32,000 bases of DNA, taken from assembly GCF_008000775.2 (NCBI RefSeq), contig NZ_CP042905.2:1740001-1772000 (forward strand). The letters run 5' to 3'. Position 1 is the stretch's first letter, and each line of letters opens with the position of its first letter. The stretch comes from Promethearchaeum syntrophicum. Its GTDB lineage: Archaea; Asgardarchaeota; Lokiarchaeia; Sigyniarchaeales; Promethearchaeaceae. The notes beneath the pieces were generated by a model that did no database searches, was not told the origin of the DNA, and worked only from the letters and a program-made list of their open reading frames with translations. Shown in pieces: positions 1 to 8,445 of the stretch. The translations under genes and the position numbers were made by a program.

Positions 1-1086
1 ATTACTCACCTCTATGGATGGTTGCAAAAGATCACCCAATTCTATAAAGCCAATATCTTTCCTGTGATTGTGTTTGATGGTAAACCCGATCCTTACAAAC
101 GACTCACAACCAAAGATTATGCTCGGGATTATTTGGCGGTAAAAAAAAAATATGAGAACGCAATTGAAAAAGGAGACTCTCAAAGGGCAAAAAAATTCGC
201 CTTATCCAAATCGTTCATGTTCCTAAATTGCATCCACGAATCCAAACTACTGCTCGAAATGTGTGGAATTCCTGTCATAATGGCCCCCTCCGAAGCCGAA
301 GCCCAATGTGTGTCCCTCCAAAAAGAAGGGTTGGTCGAGTATGTGGTATCCACTGATTTTGATGTCATGTTGTACGGATCCCCACAAATTATCCGAAAAA
401 TTACCTTTCAAAGCCGAAAAAAAATCCAAGGCAAGTGGGTATCCTATCAACCTAATATTGAACTGATTGAGACCTTTGCGAATTTGGATCGCATGGAAAT
501 TACCCTTAAGCAGTTGGTTGACCTAAGTATTTTGGTGGGTAATGATTATTATCCAGGAGTCAAAAAAATCGGTCCATCGAAAGCCCTGCAGTCCATTAAG
601 TATTTTAAGACTCTGGAGCGGATCATGCACAAACACCCGCATTTATTTTCCAATCTTTCACTCCAAAAAATTCACCGCATCCGGGAAATGTTTCAAAATC
701 CCGAAGTTATCCGAAAACCCAAAATAACCCCTCACCCACTTAATCTGGATGGATTAAGAAAATTAATGACCGATGATCATTCATTAAATTCAGAACGAGT
801 AGAAAAAAGGTTAACAACTTTAGAAAAAAGGCACACAAAGATGGCCAAGAAGTGGGATTTCGAATTGGAAAAACTCATTTATGAAAGAGATAATAACACC
901 AATAAATTCCTGCAAAGACAGTTGGATCGCGCCAAAAAGAAGATTCCCGATAGATTTACTCCGAAATTAGAATTTATATCAGCCATCAATTACAAAAAAT
1001 CAAAAACCAAATCAAAACGAAAGCCACGAGTCCAACAAAAAATATATCATAAAAAATTAATTTTGAAACACAAAAAGGAGGTATAA
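1..1086 (+). CDS. fen: Rad2/FEN1-XPG family 5' flap endonuclease, 5'-truncated by window edge
   Basis: The frame is open from base 1 (ITHLYGWLQKITQFYKANIFPVIVFDGKPDP...), so the TTG at 22 is probably not the start. Rad2-family motifs are present: MAPSEAEAQC, STDFDVMLYGSP, VDLSILVGNDYYPGVKKIGPSKAL. Basic C-terminus. Confidence 0.93.
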   Translation: MTHLYGWLQKITQFYKANIFPVIVFDGKPDPYKRLTTKDYARDYLAVKKKYENAIEKGDSQRAKKFALSKSFMFLNCIHESKLLLEMCGIPVIMAPSEAEAQCVSLQKEGLVEYVVSTDFDVMLYGSPQIIRKITFQSRKKIQGKWVSYQPNIELIETFANLDRMEITLKQLVDLSILVGNDYYPGVKKIGPSKALQSIKYFKTLERIMHKHPHLFSNLSLQKIHRIREMFQNPEVIRKPKITPHPLNLDGLRKLMTDDHSLNSERVEKRLTTLEKRHTKMAKKWDFELEKLIYERDNNTNKFLQRQLDRAKKKIPDRFTPKLEFISAINYKKSKTKSKRKPRVQQKIYHKKLILKHKKEV

Positions 1087-1421
1087 AAAAAATAGATCTA
1101 CTCAAAAAAGAATTAAATTTGCATATCTTGACTCCATTGTTCCTTGCATTCTATAGAGCAAAATTTATAATTTTGTTGTTCTTGACATTTGTTGATGTGG
1201 GTTTTAAACCGTTTCGGGAGCGGTTTCAAGCATATTTCACACTGAAGATATTCCGAAGGATTCAACCTTTTCACAAGAATCACCAAAAGATGACCAAATT
1301 TTAGCGAAGTCTCTAAAATTTCTTTTTTGTGTGAAATGTGGACATAAAAATACTGTTACAGACCGCTTCTGTAAAAATTGTGGCAGGGAAATAAACGAAT
1401 CTCCTGATTAAAAATAATCCT

Positions 1422-1460
1422 GTCGTTTTTTTTATTATTATTTCTTTTTTTTTTTCTTCA
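1422..1460 (+). terminator. Poly-T tract, possible archaeal terminator
   Basis: Long T runs (tttttttt..ctttttttttttt) in the intergenic space before the promoter at about 1470. Confidence 0.35.
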
Positions 1461-1468
1461 GATTTTGA

Positions 1469-1479
1469 TATTATAAATA
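1469..1479 (+). promoter_or_regulatory. TATA box for 1499 gene
   Basis: gatattataaata centred about 25 nt upstream of the ATG at 1499. Confidence 0.55.
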
Positions 1480-1498
1480 CCAACTAACTAACATTTCC

Positions 1499-1810
1499 AT
1501 GGAATCCACTTTACGATCCCAAACCGTCCCTATCAACCCGCGTGAAATTAAAAAACATTCCGTTCTTTCTCAGAAATGCCCCATTTGTAAGCAAGAAATA
1601 TCATTTGGCGTCGAACACGGGTTTTTAGAGAAAGTCGAACGATATCCTTATCCTCATGTGATTTTACATGGGGATCCGCTTCATGCACTTATAGTCTATA
1701 TTGATGCGGATTTTCTGATTCGGGGGGCGGACACGGCGCGAAGTATTGAAATTCACCGCAATAGCAATACTTTTTCGCAGATCATTAAGAAGTGGAGTAA
1801 TCCATATTAA
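1499..1810 (+). CDS. Small hypothetical protein with a single CPxC motif
   Basis: ATG start preceded by a TATA box. Protein contains CPICKQEISF and YPYPHVILHGDPLHALIVYIDADF. First gene of an apparent cluster to 2969. Confidence 0.75.
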   Translation: MESTLRSQTVPINPREIKKHSVLSQKCPICKQEISFGVEHGFLEKVERYPYPHVILHGDPLHALIVYIDADFLIRGADTARSIEIHRNSNTFSQIIKKWSNPY

Positions 1811-1835
1811 TCAAATAAAAAAGGAGAAAAAACCT

Positions 1836-2054
1836 ATGGCAACCCAAACCCAAACCCAAGTTCGAAATCACGATTCGAATCGAAAATTTGTTCGGTGTGC
1901 AATGTGTGAAAACGAAGCAACTCAACAACATTTTGTGGATGCGGCAGGCGGAATCTTGTGTGTGTGTGATAATTGTAATTTCATTTTAGAACTCAAAGAT
2001 CGCATTGCAGACCTCGAAGCCGAACTTGCTCTGTATAAAACTGAGGGAAATTAG
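1836..2054 (+). CDS. Small zinc-ribbon-like protein (72 aa)
   Basis: ATG 1836 preceded by AAAAAGGAGAAAA. CAMC...CVCDNC cysteine pairs followed by a short coiled segment. Start refined from the longer ORF-track call at 1746. Confidence 0.75.
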   Translation: MATQTQTQVRNHDSNRKFVRCAMCENEATQQHFVDAAGGILCVCDNCNFILELKDRIADLEAELALYKTEGN

Positions 2055-2396
2055 ATGTATAGTCAAATGAGTATCGGAGAATGTCCCGAGTGCGGGGATG
2101 AACTCTATCTTTTTAAGACCAAATCGCATAAAAAGGTCGCCAAATGTATGAATGATGATTGCCCAAAGCAGTTAGCCTACGGCGTTCCAAAACGGGGAAA
2201 AATTGAGGTAACGGGATTGAAATGTCCAAAAAATCATCTTCCTGTGCTGGCAATTATTCCCAATATCCGATTAACCCAAGGAAAATATAAGCAGAACACT
2301 AAAGGGATTTATTTCTGGACCAACTCTCCGTGTTTTACTTGTCGGGAACAGAACAGCTGTGACATTAGGAAAGAAGCCCAAGAAGATTATGAATAA
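2055..2396 (+). CDS. Small zinc-finger protein resembling topoisomerase I C-terminal zinc ribbons
   Basis: ATG directly abuts the previous stop. Cys pairs CPECG..CMNDDC and CP...CFTCREQNSC. Confidence 0.7.
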   Translation: MYSQMSIGECPECGDELYLFKTKSHKKVAKCMNDDCPKQLAYGVPKRGKIEVTGLKCPKNHLPVLAIIPNIRLTQGKYKQNTKGIYFWTNSPCFTCREQNSCDIRKEAQEDYE

Positions 2397-2408
2397 CCGG
2401 GATGACCA

Positions 2409-2969
2409 ATGAGCCACAACTATGACGGATCGCTGTCGGGGGGCGATTATGGTTTTTTCTATCAATACACCCGCTTTTTGGATTACATTCATAATAATCA
2501 AGACCTCAAACCCTTTAATTTTAGGAAAGTAGCAAGTGATCTCTCTCTATCTGAAGATCAGGTGTTATTCTTTTTTCAACAATTAAAAATCTCGTTCAAA
2601 ATTTTCCTTGATTCCCAACAGAAATTGCAAGAGAAGATCATCAATAAAATGAATACTATCTATTTTCAATCGCTCAAACAAGATGAACATATCGAAATTT
2701 CAGAGTCGGATATGAATACTTTTGCGGATTTTCATTATTTATCATCGATTAAAGCTTGGACCAAAAACATTATTGAAAAACATCCTGATATACAATCCTT
2801 ATATGACTCCTATCCCGCACTTTTTGAAGAAATTAATAATAATAAATGGATAGCTTCGGAATCAGGAGCATATTTTTCCAATGAATGGAAGAATTTTGCT
2901 ATGTTAAACCAAGTTCCCGATATTTTGGAATTTAATAATTTGAAGTTGAAAGTGAAAAACGAGAAATAA
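2409..2969 (+). CDS. Hypothetical protein (186 aa)
   Basis: Full-length ORF co-directional with the upstream genes (12 nt gap). No recognised motif. Confidence 0.7.
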   Translation: MSHNYDGSLSGGDYGFFYQYTRFLDYIHNNQDLKPFNFRKVASDLSLSEDQVLFFFQQLKISFKIFLDSQQKLQEKIINKMNTIYFQSLKQDEHIEISESDMNTFADFHYLSSIKAWTKNIIEKHPDIQSLYDSYPALFEEINNNKWIASESGAYFSNEWKNFAMLNQVPDILEFNNLKLKVKNEK

Positions 2970-3052
2970 ACCTTATTAAGACCTTCGTTCAAATAAAATA
3001 CAAAGTGTTTAGAGATAAAACACGTCGTTAAAAAAAAGGGAAAATCAACAAG

Positions 3053-5467
3053 ATGAAAGATATAAAAGGAACACTTTCAATTTCAGATTTATTTCGCACG
3101 AGTAACAACTATACTTTTCTCATCGGGGCAGGAGCGTCAATGGAATCTCCTTCTAACTTACCGTCTGCGAGGGAAATAGTAAAAACGATTGTCGAATTAT
3201 GCACCCCTGACGAATATATTGAGTCTATTTTATCACTACCATCCCTTAAATATGAGATTTTGATTGAGAATATTAACAATATTAGCAGAATCGATCCCAA
3301 AGTGGAATTTTTGGATTATTTTGACAATAATATTAGCCCAAATTTAATCCATATGTTTATTGCTCAGCTGGTAATTAATGGAAGAGGACGACACCACATA
3401 ATTACAACGAATTTTGATTATCTCATAGAACATGCTTTTTCTAATGTGTTACCTGACAATGAGAAAGAAAACATTATTCCAATCATCACAAAATCTGATT
3501 TTTCTACCTTTGAAAATATTGATGATTTATATAAATCGGGAAAATTTCCCATTTGTAAAATTCACGGTTCAAAGAAGAATATAATAACCCAAACAAATAC
3601 ATCAGATTCATTAATAACGGATATTACTTCCTTCGGAAAGAACAGATCAGAGGGTGAAACATTCGCCATTGAACCGTTTAAAAAACCTTTAGTAAATAAT
3701 TTAATGAAAGGGCAAACTCTTGTGGTAATGGGATATTCAGGAGGGGATGATTTTGATATTAGCCCTATGTTACGGGAATTAGAGGAATTGAAACAGATTA
3801 TATGGATCCAACATTCTTCTTCAAAACATCCTGAAATTATCCCTATTTCAAAAAACCAAGATTTTCGGTTGATCAAGAATAAAAATCTAAATTCAGAGCA
3901 ATTAGTGATGGAACTCAGTGATCTCAGAGGATACGATAACTATATAATAAAAATAAATACCTTGCAATTAGTAGAAGTATATTTGGATGCCCTTTTGCTA
4001 AAGGGGAAATTAAAGAAAAAAAGCATTTTGAAAAATCAATACACAAGTAATTTTGAACAATGGCTTGGAAATAATGCAGTGTATAAAAGTATCATAATTT
4101 ATGAAAAATATTATTTTGCTGGAAATATATTATCCGATTTAGGTGAAATGGAAAAGGGGTTATCAAGCTATAAAAAAGGGCTTCTTTTAACACCCAAATC
4201 AAACCAAAAGGAAATATCTCTTTTCCTTAATAATATAGGGACGTTCTATAAGGCAAGGGGCGAATATGAAAATGCATTGAAGAATTACCATGAAGTTCTG
4301 AAAATTGACGAGCAACTCGGCGATCTACAGGGAAAAGCAACTGCTCTTAATAATATTGGGTCGATCTACTACGCACAAGGCGATTATGAAAATGCACTGA
4401 ATAATTACCAGGAAGCCTTGAAAATTGACGAACACCTCGGCGACCTACAGGGAAAAGCAACTGATCTTAATAATATCGGGATGATCTACAAAGCACAAGG
4501 CGATTATGAAAATGCACTGACAAATTACCACGAAGCAATCAAAATTGCCGAACACCTCGGCGACCTACACGGAAAAGCAGCAAGACTTAATAATATCGGT
4601 ATAATCTACGATGCTAAAGGCGATTATGAAAATGCATTGAAAAATTACAACGAAGCACTCAAAATTGCCGAACACCTCAGCGACCTACAGGGAAAAGCAA
4701 CAAGACTTAATAATATCGGGATGATCTACAACGATAAAGGCGATTATGAAAATGCACTGAATAATTACCACGAAGCCCTCAAAATTGACGAACACCTCGG
4801 CAACCTAAAGGGAAAAGCAACTGATCTTAATAATATTGGGTCGATCTACTACGCACAAGGCGATTATGAAAATGCACTGAATAATTACCACGAAGCACTC
4901 AAAATTGCCGAACGACTCGGCGACCTAAAGGGAAAAGCAGCTACTCTTAATAATATCGGGATGATTTACGATGCACAAGGCGATTATGAAAATGCACTGA
5001 CAAATTACGACGAAGCACTCAAAATTGCCAACCAGCTCGGCGACCTACAGGGAAAAGCAACAAGACTTAATAATATTGGGTCGATCTACTACACACAGGG
5101 TGATTATGAAAATGCACTGACAAATTACCACGAAGTACTCAAAATTGCCGAACAACTCGGCGACCTACAGGGAAAAGCAACAAGACTTAATAATATCGGT
5201 ATGATCTACAAAGCACAAGGCGATTATGAAAATGCACTGACAAATTCCCACGAAGCACTCAAAATTGCCGAACAACTCGGCGACCTAAAGGGAAAAGCAA
5301 CTGATCTTAATAATATTGGGTCGATCTACTACGCACAAGGCGATTATGAAAATGCACTGACAAATTTGGACCGAGTCCTTGAAATCTATAAAAAAATAAA
5401 CCTACCTAATTACATAAAGCAAACTCAAGATAATATTGAAATCGTGAAAAAGCGGATGCGAATGTAA
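3053..5467 (+). CDS. SIR2-like (NAD-binding) domain fused to a tandem TPR array (804 aa)
   Basis: N-terminal SIR2-family motifs FLIGAGAS, IITTNFDYLIE, ICKIHGS, LVVMGYSGGDDFDI. C-terminal repeated LNNIGxIYxAQGDYENALxNYHEALKIAExLGDLxGKAT. Confidence 0.92.
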   Translation: MKDIKGTLSISDLFRTSNNYTFLIGAGASMESPSNLPSAREIVKTIVELCTPDEYIESILSLPSLKYEILIENINNISRIDPKVEFLDYFDNNISPNLIHMFIAQLVINGRGRHHIITTNFDYLIEHAFSNVLPDNEKENIIPIITKSDFSTFENIDDLYKSGKFPICKIHGSKKNIITQTNTSDSLITDITSFGKNRSEGETFAIEPFKKPLVNNLMKGQTLVVMGYSGGDDFDISPMLRELEELKQIIWIQHSSSKHPEIIPISKNQDFRLIKNKNLNSEQLVMELSDLRGYDNYIIKINTLQLVEVYLDALLLKGKLKKKSILKNQYTSNFEQWLGNNAVYKSIIIYEKYYFAGNILSDLGEMEKGLSSYKKGLLLTPKSNQKEISLFLNNIGTFYKARGEYENALKNYHEVLKIDEQLGDLQGKATALNNIGSIYYAQGDYENALNNYQEALKIDEHLGDLQGKATDLNNIGMIYKAQGDYENALTNYHEAIKIAEHLGDLHGKAARLNNIGIIYDAKGDYENALKNYNEALKIAEHLSDLQGKATRLNNIGMIYNDKGDYENALNNYHEALKIDEHLGNLKGKATDLNNIGSIYYAQGDYENALNNYHEALKIAERLGDLKGKAATLNNIGMIYDAQGDYENALTNYDEALKIANQLGDLQGKATRLNNIGSIYYTQGDYENALTNYHEVLKIAEQLGDLQGKATRLNNIGMIYKAQGDYENALTNSHEALKIAEQLGDLKGKATDLNNIGSIYYAQGDYENALTNLDRVLEIYKKINLPNYIKQTQDNIEIVKKRMRM
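4226..5425 (+). repeat. Tandem 120-nt (40-aa) TPR-coding repeats, 10 units
   Basis: Unit boundaries at 4226, 4346, 4466, 4586, 4706, 4826, 4946, 5066, 5186 and 5306. Most units have near-identical DNA sequence (cgattatgaaaatgcactga...). The first and last units are more diverged. Confidence 0.95.
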
Positions 5468-5574
5468 TTGTTTCTATAGGTTAATTGAATGAGAATTGGT
5501 ATAATTTTGCTGTGAGTGAGGGTTTTTAAATCCTCAAACGATTTTACATTGCGACTTAAAAAAATTTTAGTTCA

Positions 5575-6183
5575 TTAAATCAGTTTCTGCCTCAATATTT
5601 TCTGTATCATATCAATAAAAATTCTCTTAACATTTCTTAATTCACTTCTATCAATTGCTACCGCAGGATATACTATTCTAAATCCGAGAGCATCTTTATG
5701 AGCAAGAGGTAATCGCATAATCCTTCGAAACCGATCTTCTTTAACCACATCGGGAAGATCCCTTTTGTTTAATTGAATAAGAATTGGAATATTATCCCGA
5801 TGAATAAACGATTTGAGTTCCTCGAATGATCTGAGGTTGTTATCCATTTTATCCAACGAAGAATCCGCCACAAAAATCACCCCATCGGCATTTTGGAGAA
5901 CATATTCTCTTGTAGATAAAAATCGTTCCTGACCTGTAGTGGTCGCCACATTCACAATCACATCCAAGTTGAACGACGCCAACGAAAACTTAAAATGGAC
6001 CGAATCATTCCACAACGTTCTCTCATCGGTTGTAGCAATCGAAAAGCCATGGCTAATTTTGTAAGGGGCAAAGATTTCTTGCAGTCGTTCAAAATTGGTG
6101 GTTTTTCCTGCCTCGCCACAGCCCCAATACATAATTTTGAGTTGCATGAGTTTGGTTTTCGGAAGGGCTTTAGTCGAAATCAT
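5575..6183 (-). CDS. Small Ras-like GTPase, MglA-type
   Basis: G1 motif GCGEAGKTT, G3-like TTTGQERF, G4 NKRD, DGVIFVADSS. ORF extends to 6204, but MISTKALP (6183) or MQLKIMYWG is the likelier start. Confidence 0.9.
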   Translation of the reverse strand: MISTKALPKTKLMQLKIMYWGCGEAGKTTNFERLQEIFAPYKISHGFSIATTDERTLWNDSVHFKFSLASFNLDVIVNVATTTGQERFLSTREYVLQNADGVIFVADSSLDKMDNNLRSFEELKSFIHRDNIPILIQLNKRDLPDVVKEDRFRRIMRLPLAHKDALGFRIVYPAVAIDRSELRNVKRIFIDMIQKILRQKLI

Positions 6184-6718
6184 CGTCAATCCCCCCCAGC
6201 ACAAATAGTTCGCGCTTCATTTGATTAATATGGCTCAAAAACTCGGCTTCGGACATTTTCATGGTTTTATTCATGTCAATATCCTGTTTTATCTTTTCCT
6301 TAATCCCGGCGGATGCTCTTTGCATTAACATCACAATAAGACCGATATTTATCTTGTTTTTCCCAATAACTATCAAGACAATTTCTTTAGGAAAAGGTTG
6401 CACATCCACATAACCAATCGAATGCACGAAGAACTTTTTATCATCAAAAATCAGAGTAGCGCGTTTTAGGTCACTGGCGGAAAAGAAATCCCGAGCTTGT
6501 TTTCCTATACCATACAGTGCTGCCCCAATTGCCCCGACATCCCAATAATTGATATCTGTGTCAAAAAAGGTATTGGTGGCAAGAACTTTGGCATCGGAGT
6601 CGGTGATCACCAACCCCATGAGTGAAGAAGTGTGTGAAAGTTGCCCGTATTTGAGTCTGATATCATCCAAGATTTTAGCAAGACCATTGCCTCTGATCTG
6701 ATCAGGAACTGTTTTCAT
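6170..6718 (-). CDS. Roadblock/LC7-domain protein (MglB-like)
   Basis: Overlaps the start of the GTPase gene. Pattern HTSSLMGLVITDSDAKVLATN...ATLIFDDKKFFVHSIG...PFPKEIVLIVIGKNKINIGLI fits a Roadblock fold. Confidence 0.8.
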   Translation of the reverse strand: MKTVPDQIRGNGLAKILDDIRLKYGQLSHTSSLMGLVITDSDAKVLATNTFFDTDINYWDVGAIGAALYGIGKQARDFFSASDLKRATLIFDDKKFFVHSIGYVDVQPFPKEIVLIVIGKNKINIGLIVMLMQRASAGIKEKIKQDIDMNKTMKMSEAEFLSHINQMKRELFVLGGIDDDFD

Positions 6719-6738
6719 GAAAAATTAGGACAATGGAA

Positions 6739-6754
6739 GTTTATAAAAGCAAAA
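6739..6754 (-). promoter_or_regulatory. TATA/BRE region for Roadblock-GTPase operon
   Basis: Minus strand reads ttttgcttttataaac, about 25 nt upstream of the ATG at 6718. Confidence 0.6.
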
Positions 6755-6760
6755 AAAAAA

Positions 6761-8248
6761 TTAATCTTGGAATAATTTAAAGATTTTATTTTGGGAATCT
6801 CTCGTTCTGGCTCTCAACGATGTAATTAATTCAGGATTGAAGTCTCTTTCCCCATATTCTTTCTTTAGTGCGGTTAGTTTTTTTTGATATTCTCGATGGA
6901 AATTTCTGATTTCGGGGGATTTGGATTCATGGGCAAACATTTTTTCAAATTCTTTGGGAGACACAGATTGAGGCTTCTTTTCCACAGGTAAAATATGCGA
7001 CACCATCGGTTCTTTTTTGAGATGGGATCGTATGATTTCATCCTCCGCATATTGAAATAAATCCATTGTCTTGAATTCGGGAGACGCAAACATCGAGCAA
7101 ATATCAATAATTTGGGCATGTTTATCCAGTAAGTACTGCCCGATTTGAGATTTGGTTATATTTGCACTTTTGATTTCTTCCCTGATATAATATAAAAATA
7201 ACTTTTGGAAGAATTCCATCGGGATTTCGGTTTGCCATTGGTGGGTTCTGAGATAACAATATTTTTTTTCAGGAGTAGAAAAGGTATCGTGGGTAGGAAT
7301 GGTAATATCTCTTAATGAAAAGGAAAAGGCGTTAAACGTACTATCATTACTTAACAACCCCCATATTTCCTCATTGATTTGATCCTCTTTGTATATTTCA
7401 ATTTCTTCGATAATTGAGTCTTTTTTAATGATTGTGGATTCTATGGGTTCTTGTTGAAATGATACTTCATTTTTCTCTTGGTCTTTCGATTCAATTATAT
7501 GATTTTTTTCCTCTCTTTTTTCCTCTTGTGCTGGTTCTTCGGGATTTTTTGGCAAACTGCTGGGTTTTATGGTTTTTTTTGTATATTCGGGCAATTTTAC
7601 ATTATAATATTTCTCACAAATAGCACATATAGCCTTTTGTTCAAAAGTGGTCAAATCTTTACAGAAATCTTGATAATCTTTTTTTTGTATTCCGGGCAAG
7701 ATTTGAAACAAATCTCCTACTTTCTCCTCAATGGATGATAAATATTCCTTGAGGGCAAAAATCCCATCCGTTTTGAGCCTCGAAATAAGAGTGTCTTTTA
7801 TCCATTTATATGCTAAGGAATTAGCAGAGATTAACGATTTTGGGGTTAACTGCGAAATTTTTTTAATTTTTTTGTTAAACACCGCTATCTGCTGAAAATC
7901 GGAATAATCGATCTTTTGATCTTTTTCTAGCGCAAGAAATAAAATCTCAGGATATTTGATCACTTCATTCATTGATGCTTGAGATACATTCTTGAGGAGA
8001 AGGATCGATTTTTTTTCGCCGTCATCATACTGACTGAAATATCCTTCGAGATGCGCTGGATTGGTGATGTTATTCATATCGATTTCTTCGATAATATAAA
8101 ACACTCGCAATAATTCGAAGAGGCCATCCAATTTAGCACTATATTCGAAAGGGCGAATTACCACACTGCATCCTTTAATTAAAAGTAAATAGAGCAGTTT
8201 TTGGTGCACATAATCATAATTAAGTTCGGTTGAAGATTCCATCATCAT
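6761..8248 (-). CDS. Hypothetical protein with acidic/charged low-complexity centre
   Basis: Long ORF (499 aa from an alternative GTG at 8260). ATG at 8248 (MMMESSTELN) sits about 25 nt from a TATA-like element at 8267-8276. Contains one CAIC motif; no family recognised. Confidence 0.75.
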   Translation of the reverse strand: MMMESSTELNYDYVHQKLLYLLLIKGCSVVIRPFEYSAKLDGLFELLRVFYIIEEIDMNNITNPAHLEGYFSQYDDGEKKSILLLKNVSQASMNEVIKYPEILFLALEKDQKIDYSDFQQIAVFNKKIKKISQLTPKSLISANSLAYKWIKDTLISRLKTDGIFALKEYLSSIEEKVGDLFQILPGIQKKDYQDFCKDLTTFEQKAICAICEKYYNVKLPEYTKKTIKPSSLPKNPEEPAQEEKREEKNHIIESKDQEKNEVSFQQEPIESTIIKKDSIIEEIEIYKEDQINEEIWGLLSNDSTFNAFSFSLRDITIPTHDTFSTPEKKYCYLRTHQWQTEIPMEFFQKLFLYYIREEIKSANITKSQIGQYLLDKHAQIIDICSMFASPEFKTMDLFQYAEDEIIRSHLKKEPMVSHILPVEKKPQSVSPKEFEKMFAHESKSPEIRNFHREYQKKLTALKKEYGERDFNPELITSLRARTRDSQNKIFKLFQD

Positions 8249-8445
8249 TAGTAGTTCCACCTGGCGGGTATATTTAAAATCACACTAAATTCCCAAACGG
8301 AAAATTTTTCGAAATTTGAATTGGTGGACGCAAAATTCAAAGCAAATAGTACCGTTCGCGAGAAGTTTCTAGCTCTGAATTCGCCCGAAATATTCTAAAT
8401 ATCACTGATTTTATAGTAGGGAGACCGAAAAACAAGACTAGAATG

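Noticed and set aside
247-450. Minus-strand ORFs (180-368, 247-450) inside the FEN1-like gene
   Set aside because: Antisense shadows of a clearly conserved coding region, with no recognisable motifs.
4226-5425. Regular 120-nt repeats considered as CRISPR or non-coding satellite
   Set aside because: Period is an exact multiple of 3, in frame, encodes canonical TPR motifs, and has no repeat/spacer structure.
7432-7738. Plus-strand hydrophobic ORFs (7432-7623, 7478-7738)
   Set aside because: Antisense to the low-complexity Lys/Glu-rich part of the 6761-8248 gene; Leu/Phe-rich translation is the expected mirror of Lys/Glu codons.
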